A stretch of 64,000 nucleotides of DNA from positions 69,964-133,963 of the forward strand of contig MEWB01000001.1 in NCBI GenBank assembly GCA_001773215.1, given 5' to 3'. This DNA is from a candidate division WWE3 bacterium RIFOXYC1_FULL_40_10 (GTDB taxonomy: Bacteria; Patescibacteriota; WWE3; UBA101185; UBA10185). A model generated the notes under the pieces. That model saw only the letters and a list, made by a program, of their open reading frames with translations, was not told the DNA's origin and searched no databases. Shown here piece after piece: positions 38,901 to 48,800 of this stretch. Each line of letters opens with the position of its first letter. The stretch's first letter is position 1. A program made the translations under genes and the position numbers.

Positions 38901-41900
38901 TGATGTCGACCACGGGGCACCGTGTGCAAAATATATTTCAGAAGTAAATTGAACGTAATCGTCGGTTACAAGGTCGCCGGAATTTCCAAATTTACCTACA
39001 ACGCCACCAGAGGGGCCGGTGCTGTTAGGGCAAGCTTTGCCATTGTTTGCATTTCCGGAGGCATCCAAAACGGAGTATGTGGAACAGTCTACAGTCCAGC
39101 TTGCTTCATTCATCTTCCACCATCCCACCAACCCATCTGTCAAATTATCATTTTCTCTAGTGCCTATGGATACTGCAACCTGCTGTCCTAAATTGTCGGT
39201 CAAAACTTGTGCTGCCGAGCGTGCGTAAGGGTAAATGCTGACCTCATCAATATACCCAGTCCAAGGATTAGCAGTTCCATCACTATCAATACCTATATAT
39301 ATGGGGTTGTTGCCGTTGACTGTTGCCGGGGCAGCACGTGCCAGCTCAACTGCTGGGGTGCCATCTATGTATAGTGTAAGTGAAGCCGAGGATCTCACGG
39401 CTGAAAAACTATGCCACTTGCTGTCTGCGTAGCTAGTGGTAATACAGGCCGAGTCGCTATTTACGGAAAAGCACATATATCCTGAACTGTCCATATATAT
39501 TTTGTAGCCTGTTGTACCCGACTGACGGGACAAGACTGTGTCAGTTCCTGAAATAGTAGAGGGGTGCTTGAACAATCCGGAAAGGGTAAACTCGTTTGAA
39601 CCAAAATCGAAGTCTCTGTCAAAGTTTCTATAAGCAAAGTCGTTAGTGCCGTCATATGACAAGTAGCTGTTATTAGCATTTCTTGTCCAAGTGGCTCCAC
39701 TTGTAGTTAAATGATTTAAGTTTATGGATGAATCGTTAGCAGTGGTTCCATATCCTTCATCAAAATGCCACACCGAAGTAATATCTTGTCCTTTGTTGTC
39801 ACTAAACCTGTCTATTGTGATAGAACCGGCTGTTTCGCTTCTACTAACAAGTCCCGCACTGTACAAATCGGCAACTTGTGTTGAAGTTAGTGCCGCGTTG
39901 TAAATTCGTAAATCCGACATTGTTGCGTCGGATGGTCCGCCGTTTCCGCTTGGGTTGTACCCAACCCCAAAGTTTGTTGTATCAAATCCGAAGGCGGTTG
40001 TTTGGGGGGTTCCGGCGCTTCCGTTTACATAAATGGTTGATGTGCCTGCCGATCCGTCTCTTACGGCGGTTACGAAATACCATTTGTCCAGGGTCATTGT
40101 GGCCGAGGTGTATGTGGCAATGGTTGCCCCCGAGTTGTCAAAAAAGGCAAATCCTCCTACAGCAGGTTGAAATCTAATGGAAGGTCCTGTTTGACCGCTG
40201 GTGGGATCAATAAATTGTCTTACCTGTGTAGCGGTTCCTGAAACGGCTTTTGTCCAGAAGCCCAGGCTAAATGTGGTAGTACTTATATTATTTTCCACTG
40301 CATACTGCAATGTATCTGCAGTTCTTGTACTCGTACTCTCATGTCCTGTATCCGTCCACGCATATCCGGTTCCCAAAGTTCCATCCGCATAACTTGTTGC
40401 ATAAGTTTTTTCCTCTAGTTGCATTCCGTCCACATACATAGTTTTGTCAGCAGCTACAGCGACTCCATAATCGTTGCTTGCATCGCTTGTGGCATGAGAG
40501 TAGGTGATTCTGTACCATCCGCCCCCAACGTCTGTGTAAATGGCACCATCGCTTGTGGCATCCACCGTGCCTCCTTCCCAAACCAATCGTGCATTGCTTT
40601 CGGTAATGGGGCTTCCTATTTCGCCCGTAGTTCCATTAAAGACATATGCTGACAAAGTATGTGTAGTTATACCTCCGGGGCTTACGGCAGTTGAATATTC
40701 GGCAGTTGGTTGTGCCAAAGCGAATGTTATGTCGGTTAACAATCCCGAGTATTGGGCATAAACATAATTCCCGCTTGTTGCATCCATTCGAATATCCAGT
40801 TCATTGGCAACTGCAGGCATGCCGGCTGCAATGTCCCCGCTTGTAGTTCGTGTGTAGGATGTAGGAGTAATGTTAATGTTGGAACTTGTTACTGTGGCCG
40901 CAGTTGAAACATTGTACAGATCTATGTTGCCGTCACTCGCGGACACTTTAGCATAAGCTTGAAAGTATCTTGCGACAGCAGAGGTACCTGCCCAGTTAGC
41001 TGGATCAAAGCTAAGTAACCCATACTTTCTATCATAATTATTGTCGACCTCAGAAGTGGGTATATGCGAGGCATAGTGCATTAGCTGGGTTTCCAGTATT
41101 GTTGAGTTTTGCTCCAAGATTAGTTTGGCGCTGACAATTCTTGCCTGTTTCATTTCAAAAACATATTCCTTGCCGGTTGTAAGTGTAAATCCCGCACTTC
41201 TAAGCCGCCTTAGGCCTGTGGTTGTTGTAGTTGTTTCAGAAGCCGCCACTGATGCTCCGGTAGTTTTGTCATACAAGCCTATCGAACCTGTTGCACCCGC
41301 ATTGGGAAGATTTGCAATCTGAATAAGTATCGTAGACTGCGAAATGGATGCCGTTCCTCCGGATGTGGGTCTAAATCTTGTTATGTAAGACCGCGTATTG
41401 AAAGGTAAATCAAGATACAGATCTCCGGTTGTTTGCCGTGTCCATATTATTGCGTTAGTTGATTGTTCCGAGCCTGTTATTACAGCTGCGGTAATCGTGC
41501 TTATCGCTTGTTTATAAAAATCGGTATATGTTGATTCACCGGCATCCGAAGTTTTTACCACCACTTCGTGTTTAACAGTTGGGCGTGTGCCATAAGCTTC
41601 ATTATCAAAATAGAACGGGTATTCTATGCCATCTCCGTAGCTGGGATCCACCGATGTCTTATAATTATTTACAAGGGTAATGGGTATTTCCAAATCGGTA
41701 ATGCCCCCGACAGCCGACTGAACGAGAACTACCTTAGCACTTGCCACCACCGCATTTTTGAGTCTCATGGTATAGGTCTTTGCGGTAGTTAATGTAATTG
41801 CACTGCTTCTTACCGTTTGCCACCCTTTGGTAGCGCTGGTAACTTCCGAATCGGCAACAGAAGCAGTATCGGTGTAGTTGTACAGTTCCACGCCACCCGC

Positions 41901-44900
41901 AGTCCCTCCGGTGGGTATATTTTGTAGTTGTAAAACCACGCTTGTATTGCTAAAAGAGCCCGTCCCACCAGAAGTTGTGTTTTTTATTCTGGTAGCTATA
42001 TCAAGAGGGTTTTTTGGCATAACAGCTGATAGCTCAGGTGAGCGCAACTGTACATACGAAGTGGAGGTAGTTGTCAGTTCAGATTCCGTAATGTAAGCAT
42101 CCCCGTCGCTGCCCACTGGATCCACATGGAATGTACTGAAGGCGGTTTTGCCTGTGGTGGTTTTTTGAGTTGTGTCCAAATACACTATGGGTGCTACACC
42201 ATATTCCATTGGGTTGAAGGAATAAACATGCCCTGTTGTTGCATAACTTGTTGACACTGTTGTTACCAAAGTATTATCCAATGTGTGTACCAACTCTAGT
42301 TTAGTGATACCTCCGGCATCCGTTTGTTCGTGAATGATTTTAGCGTTGCTAACTTTTGCAGTGTTGGCAGAAGTTTTCATACATACCATATAGCTTGCGC
42401 TGTCCGAAAGGGTAATTGCGCTACTTCTTACCCTGGCCCACGTTGTTCCTACTACAGTTATCTCGCTGCTTGCCACTTCCGTTACACATGTGGCTGCATT
42501 TTCATACAGAGCAAGCGAAGTGGTTTGGCCAGCGGTATCATTTGCTATAGTAGCCTCAAAGTAGGTAGTAGGTGCAGGGGCGTATACATCAGCATCATAG
42601 GTATAGATTTTTTTATCCGTCAACTGTGTATACGCGGTTTGAGTAGAGGTTTCATTATTGCCGACTTCAATATAGGTTTGAGTAGTTGTAAGTTTAGTCG
42701 TTCCTGTTTGAACAACTATTAGTCTGGCCGACTTGATAAGTGTTGTTTGTCCGGCCACTGTGTTTTTGACTCGCACAGAATAATCGGTGCCATCGATAAG
42801 AGAAATCGCAGTGCTGCTTCGTTTTCTTACGTAAACTCCTCCGGGTTTGCTACCGGTCACGGCTGATCCGTCAACTTCTTCTCCAAGAGTGTTGTACAAT
42901 GCGGCACTGCAATCTCCCGATCCGGTTTCAGTAAAGGAGACTTCAAAAAATACTTCCACAGAATCTGCCGGAAATTTATCCGCATCCCAGTTAATTAGGC
43001 CGAGAGAGTTATCTGTTGGTACGGCCGTTCCGCTTGTGGTTGAGTACACCTGATCCATGATGTTTATTTGTTGAGTCACTTTTGCCTCTGCAGGTCTAAA
43101 TGAAGCTTCAAAGTATGTCGTTGGGGTAGGGGAGAATACGCTTGAGTCGTAGTAGTAAAGTTTTGGGTAACTTGGTGTTATGTAAGTAGCACTGCTTGTA
43201 TTTTCTGCAGATCCTACTTCAGCCAACGTTTCGGTGTCTGTAATTTTGGTTGTATCACTTTGCACTACCACCAAACTTGCTGAGCGGAGAAAGGACCACG
43301 CTCCCACAGAATCATTTCTTAGCCGTACAGTGTAAGCAGTTCCATCCACAAGTGTTAACGCAGTGCTTCTTTTTGTTACATACACACCTCCCGGCTCTCC
43401 TCCTGCGATTTCGTTCGAAATAAGTGTACCATCGGTGTCATATAAGGCAGCAAAACAATCTCCGTTTCCGTTTTCGGTCATTACTACCTCTAAATATACT
43501 GTTTCTCCTGAATATTTTGTCGAGTCCCAATGTACAACTCCTAGTGAATTATCCCCGGGTAGGAATACATGAGTGTCTCCATTATCTTCATCTGCGCCCG
43601 CCATCTTATAATCCTGATTGAGAATGTTTATTTTCTGCTCAATCTTTGGTTCGGCCACATCCACGGTAGCTTCGACGTATGCAGTTGGGATTGGGTCAAA
43701 TTTGCTTGAATCGTAGTAATATGCCTTTTGTGATGTAAGCTGCGTGAAAGTGTCATTGCTTGTAGCTTCAGGGTATCCCAATTCCATGTTGGATTGGCTT
43801 GTTGTAATTCCGTCTTCTTTTGTTTGCACAATAACCAGCCTCGCTTCCTTAATTGCCGTGCGACCGGTCGTGGAGTTGCTTATTCTCACCGTGTAATCAG
43901 TATTGTCTGCCAGTGTTAATGCGTCACTTCTGTATCTTGTGTACACACCATCAGATCCGGCGTAAGAGAGCAGTGAAGGTCCCAAAGGGTCTCCAGCTGC
44001 TGTATACAATTGTGCCTCGGCGGAACCGCTGGTATCGGTTTCCATCATAACGACTTCAAAATAGACTGCGGAATCTGGATATTTATCTGCGTCCCAGTAA
44101 ACCAAGCCCAGCGAATTATCTGTTGGTACTGCTGAGTTTCCTCTTGTTTCGAAAACCTGCGAAATAATTTCCAAATGGTGTTCCATAGTGGGGTTTCCTT
44201 CACCGCCCCCACCACCACCGCCATCAAGTGCACCGGCATCGCTAGCTGCGACTAGCTGTGCCGATTTACTACCGAATTTATAAAAAGGAGCTGTTGTATT
44301 TTCAGCAGGTGTAACTGTAGAAGTTGCTGTCCAACCTGTGTTGTAAGTGGCATGGTCAAAGGAGGGGTTGGTGATTTTGTTTGTTGTACCTTCTTCCATA
44401 AAAACCCCACCGTGTCCGGCATAACTTCCGGAACTTTCATAACCTGTCGTAGTTGAGGAGTTATCCACTCCAACTAACCCTGCTATATACTTTGCTCCTG
44501 TTATCGTACCGTGATTTCCGTTTCCGCTGTCGTCAATTGCCTTACCTGTGTTACGTGGGTCGTCTCCGTTTTCGTCAAAGTGAAGTAGGAGTTTGGTGTA
44601 TTCGTCGCGGATGAATGGGGTTGTGGTGGGGGTGAAGTTACCGGTATAACGCTTGATGTTGGAGATTCTATATTCATCAATAATGGAATTCAATTGCCTT
44701 TCGGTATATGTAGCACTTCCAATGGCTTTATTATATGCAGCATCAGAATTGTAAGTGCCCGTTGCGGGGACTGGAGAGGCTACTTGGCTAACACCATTAA
44801 TATATATTTGAGCAGTTTTGGCGGTGGCGTTCCACACTATAGCCAGGTGTTGCCATTGGTCTAGGGTTAGCCCTGTGGCGCTGGTAAAGCTGTAGGTTCC

Positions 44901-45773
44901 GCCTGTTGTAAAGATTGTGAAAGACGGTTGTCTGGCTGAGACATGCCAGTATAAATAATATCCAACAGAGGTACCCGATTTAACTCCAGAAAGATAAGAA
45001 TAATAGGCATAGGGGGTTTTAGGGTAAATCCAGGTCTCAATTGTAAAGTCAGCGTTTGGTAAATCATCTAAGGACGGATTTGAACCCAGGTCAACTTCTT
45101 TTGGGTAACCAGATATGTCTAGGGCACTTTTGGAAGTGCTGTAGCGGAGGGCGCCTGTGGCGGTGGATGGTGTTTCGCCTGCCGCACAGGTAGTAGCACC
45201 CTCAAAGGGGCAAACAAGCAATGCGTCAATAGCTCCTATGTCAAAAGCATCAGGAGTATTAGTAGGGGATGTTGCCTGTTGGTTTCCGAAATACACATAA
45301 TAGCTTGTTGCTGTTCCTGCTGAGGATAATGAGGCTTGAAGTGGGAAATATACTTTTGTAGCTGTACTTGTGCCGCAAGTTTCACCGCTTGGATAAACTA
45401 TATGACGATTGAGGACAGTGTTAGTAGTATCGTTTGGTTGATACGCTATACGTAGGTCTGAACAATCGGGCTTAATTTTTGCCTGTGCTGCAAGGGTTTT
45501 TGTATCTACCGTGATCGCGATTGTTGTATTTGCCGAAAGGGAAACTGCGGAAGTGTTCACAATATTTAGCTGCTGTCTCTGAGCCCAGTCAGCCAGAGTA
45601 GGGGACCATATAGCTTGTGTGTTACCTGGGTTTCTGAACAAGATATAGATAATGGGGGTTAGAATTACCAAGGTGCCAACAAAAAAGGGAAGTAACGTTT
45701 TCTTTAATCTTTTTACGATAGGCAAGTACTTTTCAATCACAGCAATAACCTTACCAAATCTTTTTGCTCCCAT
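35922..45773 (-). CDS. Giant surface protein: N-terminal TM, DUF2341-like domain, about eight LamG/ConA domains, nested repeat insertion
   Basis: DCSDLRI; repeated W.FDEG.G...D.SGN.N.GT, W.H...V, DDVRIY..A; three PTDNSLG..WD repeats. Confidence 0.9.
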   Translation of the reverse strand: MGAKRFGKVIAVIEKYLPIVKRLKKTLLPFFVGTLVILTPIIYILFRNPGNTQAIWSPTLADWAQRQQLNIVNTSAVSLSANTTIAITVDTKTLAAQAKIKPDCSDLRIAYQPNDTTNTVLNRHIVYPSGETCGTSTATKVYFPLQASLSSAGTATSYYVYFGNQQATSPTNTPDAFDIGAIDALLVCPFEGATTCAAGETPSTATGALRYSTSKSALDISGYPKEVDLGSNPSLDDLPNADFTIETWIYPKTPYAYYSYLSGVKSGTSVGYYLYWHVSARQPSFTIFTTGGTYSFTSATGLTLDQWQHLAIVWNATAKTAQIYINGVSQVASPVPATGTYNSDAAYNKAIGSATYTERQLNSIIDEYRISNIKRYTGNFTPTTTPFIRDEYTKLLLHFDENGDDPRNTGKAIDDSGNGNHGTITGAKYIAGLVGVDNSSTTTGYESSGSYAGHGGVFMEEGTTNKITNPSFDHATYNTGWTATSTVTPAENTTAPFYKFGSKSAQLVAASDAGALDGGGGGGGEGNPTMEHHLEIISQVFETRGNSAVPTDNSLGLVYWDADKYPDSAVYFEVVMMETDTSGSAEAQLYTAAGDPLGPSLLSYAGSDGVYTRYRSDALTLADNTDYTVRISNSTTGRTAIKEARLVIVQTKEDGITTSQSNMELGYPEATSNDTFTQLTSQKAYYYDSSKFDPIPTAYVEATVDVAEPKIEQKINILNQDYKMAGADEDNGDTHVFLPGDNSLGVVHWDSTKYSGETVYLEVVMTENGNGDCFAALYDTDGTLISNEIAGGEPGGVYVTKRSTALTLVDGTAYTVRLRNDSVGAWSFLRSASLVVVQSDTTKITDTETLAEVGSAENTSSATYITPSYPKLYYYDSSVFSPTPTTYFEASFRPAEAKVTQQINIMDQVYSTTSGTAVPTDNSLGLINWDADKFPADSVEVFFEVSFTETGSGDCSAALYNTLGEEVDGSAVTGSKPGGVYVRKRSSTAISLIDGTDYSVRVKNTVAGQTTLIKSARLIVVQTGTTKLTTTQTYIEVGNNETSTQTAYTQLTDKKIYTYDADVYAPAPTTYFEATIANDTAGQTTSLALYENAATCVTEVASSEITVVGTTWARVRSSAITLSDSASYMVCMKTSANTAKVSNAKIIHEQTDAGGITKLELVHTLDNTLVTTVSTSYATTGHVYSFNPMEYGVAPIVYLDTTQKTTTGKTAFSTFHVDPVGSDGDAYITESELTTTSTSYVQLRSPELSAVMPKNPLDIATRIKNTTSGGTGSFSNTSVVLQLQNIPTGGTAGGVELYNYTDTASVADSEVTSATKGWQTVRSSAITLTTAKTYTMRLKNAVVASAKVVLVQSAVGGITDLEIPITLVNNYKTSVDPSYGDGIEYPFYFDNEAYGTRPTVKHEVVVKTSDAGESTYTDFYKQAISTITAAVITGSEQSTNAIIWTRQTTGDLYLDLPFNTRSYITRFRPTSGGTASISQSTILIQIANLPNAGATGSIGLYDKTTGASVAASETTTTTTGLRRLRSAGFTLTTGKEYVFEMKQARIVSAKLILEQNSTILETQLMHYASHIPTSEVDNNYDRKYGLLSFDPANWAGTSAVARYFQAYAKVSASDGNIDLYNVSTAATVTSSNINITPTSYTRTTSGDIAAGMPAVANELDIRMDATSGNYVYAQYSGLLTDITFALAQPTAEYSTAVSPGGITTHTLSAYVFNGTTGEIGSPITESNARLVWEGGTVDATSDGAIYTDVGGGWYRITYSHATSDASNDYGVAVAADKTMYVDGMQLEEKTYATSYADGTLGTGYAWTDTGHESTSTRTADTLQYAVENNISTTTFSLGFWTKAVSGTATQVRQFIDPTSGQTGPSIRFQPAVGGFAFFDNSGATIATYTSATMTLDKWYFVTAVRDGSAGTSTIYVNGSAGTPQTTAFGFDTTNFGVGYNPSGNGGPSDATMSDLRIYNAALTSTQVADLYSAGLVSRSETAGSITIDRFSDNKGQDITSVWHFDEGYGTTANDSSINLNHLTTSGATWTRNANNSYLSYDGTNDFAYRNFDRDFDFGSNEFTLSGLFKHPSTISGTDTVLSRQSGTTGYKIYMDSSGYMCFSVNSDSACITTSYADSKWHSFSAVRSSASLTLYIDGTPAVELARAAPATVNGNNPIYIGIDSDGTANPWTGYIDEVSIYPYARSAAQVLTDNLGQQVAVSIGTRENDNLTDGLVGWWKMNEASWTVDCSTYSVLDASGNANNGKACPNSTGPSGGVVGKFGNSGDLVTDDYVQFTSEIYFAHGAPWSTSYWIYPNDVKNNIPLGVNLQGSYIYTYVNGASSKIGARNRDSQSPTDVTVTMNNTTWYLVTAVADGTGLVKMYLNGEYKGSSNPGSNGSGIRFDRFGRAYPNNDAFSINARLDDVRIYNRALSGAEIDQLYSWAPAPVAHWNFDEGTGISANDSSGNGNTGTLTGATHLPTWTKGKFGKGIKFDGNDDYVTAGDISSVESQGALTAEAWVKVDGAGTQYEGIISKNMKIDLLRAGGLGGNDDIFVRINDGSNPYAYTTGNILTNNIWHHVAMVFDGAQTGNANRLKLYFNGALQTLTFSGTVPTSTGSDSTPLLIGKYTEGSAYLSGATDDVRIYNYARSEKQVIADMNAGHAAPGSPTPSALVHYKFDEGYLTSSNNSGNGGSSLNGTLSNATWSNSGKYGKALSFDGDGDYVQVNTAADLSAELTFSTWFKTSSLSTQTLISNENIPVRAGPILQIHSSGMVMLFDGVACSSASGIGYNDGDWHHAVATINPSGTYSIYVDGNLADYDTCNIYANPTDRILVGAHYSNNVPGTNPFSGILDEVKIYNFALSAEQVKTEYNHGTAQSFGALSTDGDGATPDNSADRGYCVPGDTSSCSDPIAEWNFDDGAGSTAYDKSGNSYDGILVNSPSWSPGKFGKALEFDSALNTSVNIYSANFANAFDTSEGTAELWFKANSSIWTDGVNHRLLYIAADTDNRVTLHKSTLDNQLQFYYIAGGTNSGVSTSSSSYTDWTHAVITWSKSSDAVRAYINGKQEGSTVSSLGTWTGSIDETLANIGSQLSTGSSEWDGGIDQVRIYDYARTPAQVAWDYNQGGPRGWWRMDETTGTVSYDASGNGINGTLTNGVTLLTNGKLNYGYTFNGSDGYVDIGAGPNVVNSISFWINPTSATEYPIDLNGSAYVWINGGTITAQGFSSPTIFVNGIPSTTLSAGIWQHVVISTATSLSATDFDIGRIEGMGNLEGDMDDVKIWTYTLTATQAKIEYNNGAINFEE

Positions 45774-45801
45774 AAATAGGAAAGTTTTTCTTTGTATTTT
45801 T

Positions 45802-48800
45802 TTATTCTCTGTTAACTATTAACCAATCGAATTTTATGTCGGTTCCAAACTCGTTTTCCACCTCAATCGTAAAGGATTCTCCTGCTGTTTTTTCTGAAAC
45901 TATTAGTGATTGGCCGCCTGTTGGTGTTGTAGGGGTGACCATAATTACTGAATTGGCGGATACTTGTTTGGAATTTACTGTTACACTTGTTGAATTAGCC
46001 TGCAGTTCAGAGGATCCCACTGCATCGGATGCATCATCAACAATAATCTCTCCCGCTTTGATAATTGTAGCTTCAACCTGTCCTTCAACTTTAATATTGC
46101 CGTCTGGGGATATGACAATTTTTCCATTGAATATGTCAACGTTCCCCGCCAAGCCTTTTTGTAAATATAGGGTTTGGGTGTCGCACAAGGCTGTGTCGAT
46201 TTTCTCTGTTGCTTGGTTGTAACAAGAAGGTCCAATGATATCAAAAGAGTCTTCCATCGGATCCAGTGACATTAAACCTGCAGACAGCGTGCCGGTCACT
46301 GTTACATCCGAAAAGGTTGCGTTTCCTGTCACGCTCATATCGCTGTTAACTAATAATCCACCATCTGAGGTACTTAGCCCAAGAGCATTACTGAATTCAG
46401 TAAACTCATCATATATTTTCTTCATTTCAGACAAAATGTCGGCAGGTAAAGACTGTGTAGATTGGGTGGTTTGACTTGCTTGTGTTGTGGCATCAAGTTT
46501 AGCTAGTATGTCATCAATAATATTCTGTTGATCTTGAATTGCCTTAACGAGTACCGGTGTTAAACTGCCGTAAGCAATACCCATGGAGCCGTCTTCTCCT
46601 GAAACAACCTCCGGGATTATTTCTTTAACATCTTGTGCAATTAACCCAATGCTGGAGTCCCCGGTTTTTTTGAAATCAAATCTTACCGGGTTCAAGGCCA
46701 AAACTTCTGCCAATCCATAATCCAGTGTTTCCACATTTTCCTTAAAAGCAAGATCAGAGGCATCATTCCAGCAGGTTGTTCCGTCGCAGTATGCTTCGGC
46801 TCCGGAAAGATAAAGTCGATAGGCTCCGGGATCCGTGGTTCCGATTCCTAGATTTCCTAGTTCATCTAGCGTCATTTTTGCTGTTATGTACCCTTCGCTA
46901 CCGTCTCCGCCACCATTCGTGGTTCCAAAAATTAAGTTCCCTGTATAACCCCCTGTAGATGGACTCCAAATTGCTGCAGCGTTATTCACATAATTTTTAA
47001 AGATGATACCTGCCCTGGAATTTGTCGTGGTGCTGTCGTTCGCTATTAACAGACCTGCTGTTACTGATGTTGAGCTATTTGTGTCATACACCGTCAATTT
47101 CTTGGTAAAGGTTGATGTTCCAATACCAGTATTGCCACTTGTGTCAATGGTTAAGAATGCATTTGTCCCCGCAGTCGTGCCATCACCAACCATAAACAGA
47201 TCATCATCATCTCCACCGGCATCCTCCTGCACACCCATCCAAAAGTTTGTGTCCGTAGCGGTTTTTGTATCAAATAAAATGGTGGGGTCCGAGGCAAGCA
47301 GTTGCATATCTCCGGTACCGGATAAATTGAACACCGCATTGCCTGTACCATAAGTTTTGAGAGTAAAGTCATTATTCTCGAAACTTTCGCCCGATATTAT
47401 TGATAGCGGGCCGTATGACTCGATTTGTGATGCTGTCTGATTTGTCATGTTGAGATCATATGCAATAGCCACATCTCCGGCGGCGCTAAATGTTGTTGGG
47501 ACAAAAAATTCAGCTCTTGCCGCTCCTAATGTTGCTATATTAGTTCCCGTGTCAGCAAAAGTAAGATTGCCTGCTGAATCTATTGTAAACGAAGAGTAGT
47601 TTCCTGCATTGTAGCTAAGTCTTAGTTGTTCGGTTGTTCCTAAAATTTCCAGTTTAGATGCGGGAGCAGTTGTTCCTATACCTAATCTATCAGTAGAATC
47701 GGCCCAGAAGAAATTCGTAGCATCCTGTGTCATATATGTTCCGTTACCGAACATAATTCCACCGTTTGTCACAGTTGCTCCATCGAGCATATTTAACTCC
47801 GCCGCTGAGGAAGTGACCTGTGTTCCGCCAAGATATAATGTTGCCAAATAGGCATTTCCATCAACTTCTAAATTACCATACACATATAAATCTTCGTTAA
47901 CAGTACCGTTATCAAACGTGTATCCTGTGTCGGGGGCAATATATGTGTCTCCCCCAACAATATGCATCTGTGAGTCGGGGTCAGTAGTTCCAATTCCTAC
48001 ATTATCTGCTGCATCCGCGACGATAGCGTCATCGGCATATCTAAATAACCCATTGGTATCATCTCGATACCATATCATTTCATCGCCATTTCCTCCGAAA
48101 CCACCAATGCCAACTGACGAAATACTGCCGTTTGAAAAATACACTCCGTTGCTTGCTGTGGTATGTAGGGTAAGGGGTATTTCCGTCGTGTCTCTTCCAA
48201 AAATGGTCTCTCCAGCTACTTCAAAAGCACCTCGGGGTACCGTTGTACCTATACCTACAGATCCGGCATTGTCGATGTACAAGGTCCCCGCGTCAAAGTT
48301 AAAATCAGCGGTGTTAGTGTCCATATTAATTGTAGTAGTGGCATCGAGTGTCATGGTATCGGTAAATTCTGACCAATCAAGGGAGTCTGGGGTAATTCCG
48401 GTAGCACCAATTGTTGCCCAAGTGAGAGTTCCCGTACCTCCGTTAGTTAGTACGCCGTTTGTAGTATGCCCAGTAGGCCAAGAGTAAGTTAAATTTTTGA
48501 GTTTAATAATGTCCCCATTGGCATCTATTTGAAAAGGTGATGTAGCTCCTATGGAGAATAGGGAAGTGGGGTTAGTTGTTCCAACACCGACATTGCCACC
48601 AAAATAATTGGTTCCGCCTACGGAGTAGATTGCATAATCCAAGCTAGTCCCTGAAGTTTGATCTTCAATGTATAATCCGTAGTTGTTTGCAATAGTGGCA
48701 CCTGAGTAAAGGTAGGGGTTGGCTATATAGATTTGATAAAGATTTGTAGTTACTGCGTTAGTAAAGTAACCTTGATAATCGGAGTAGATACCATATGCGT

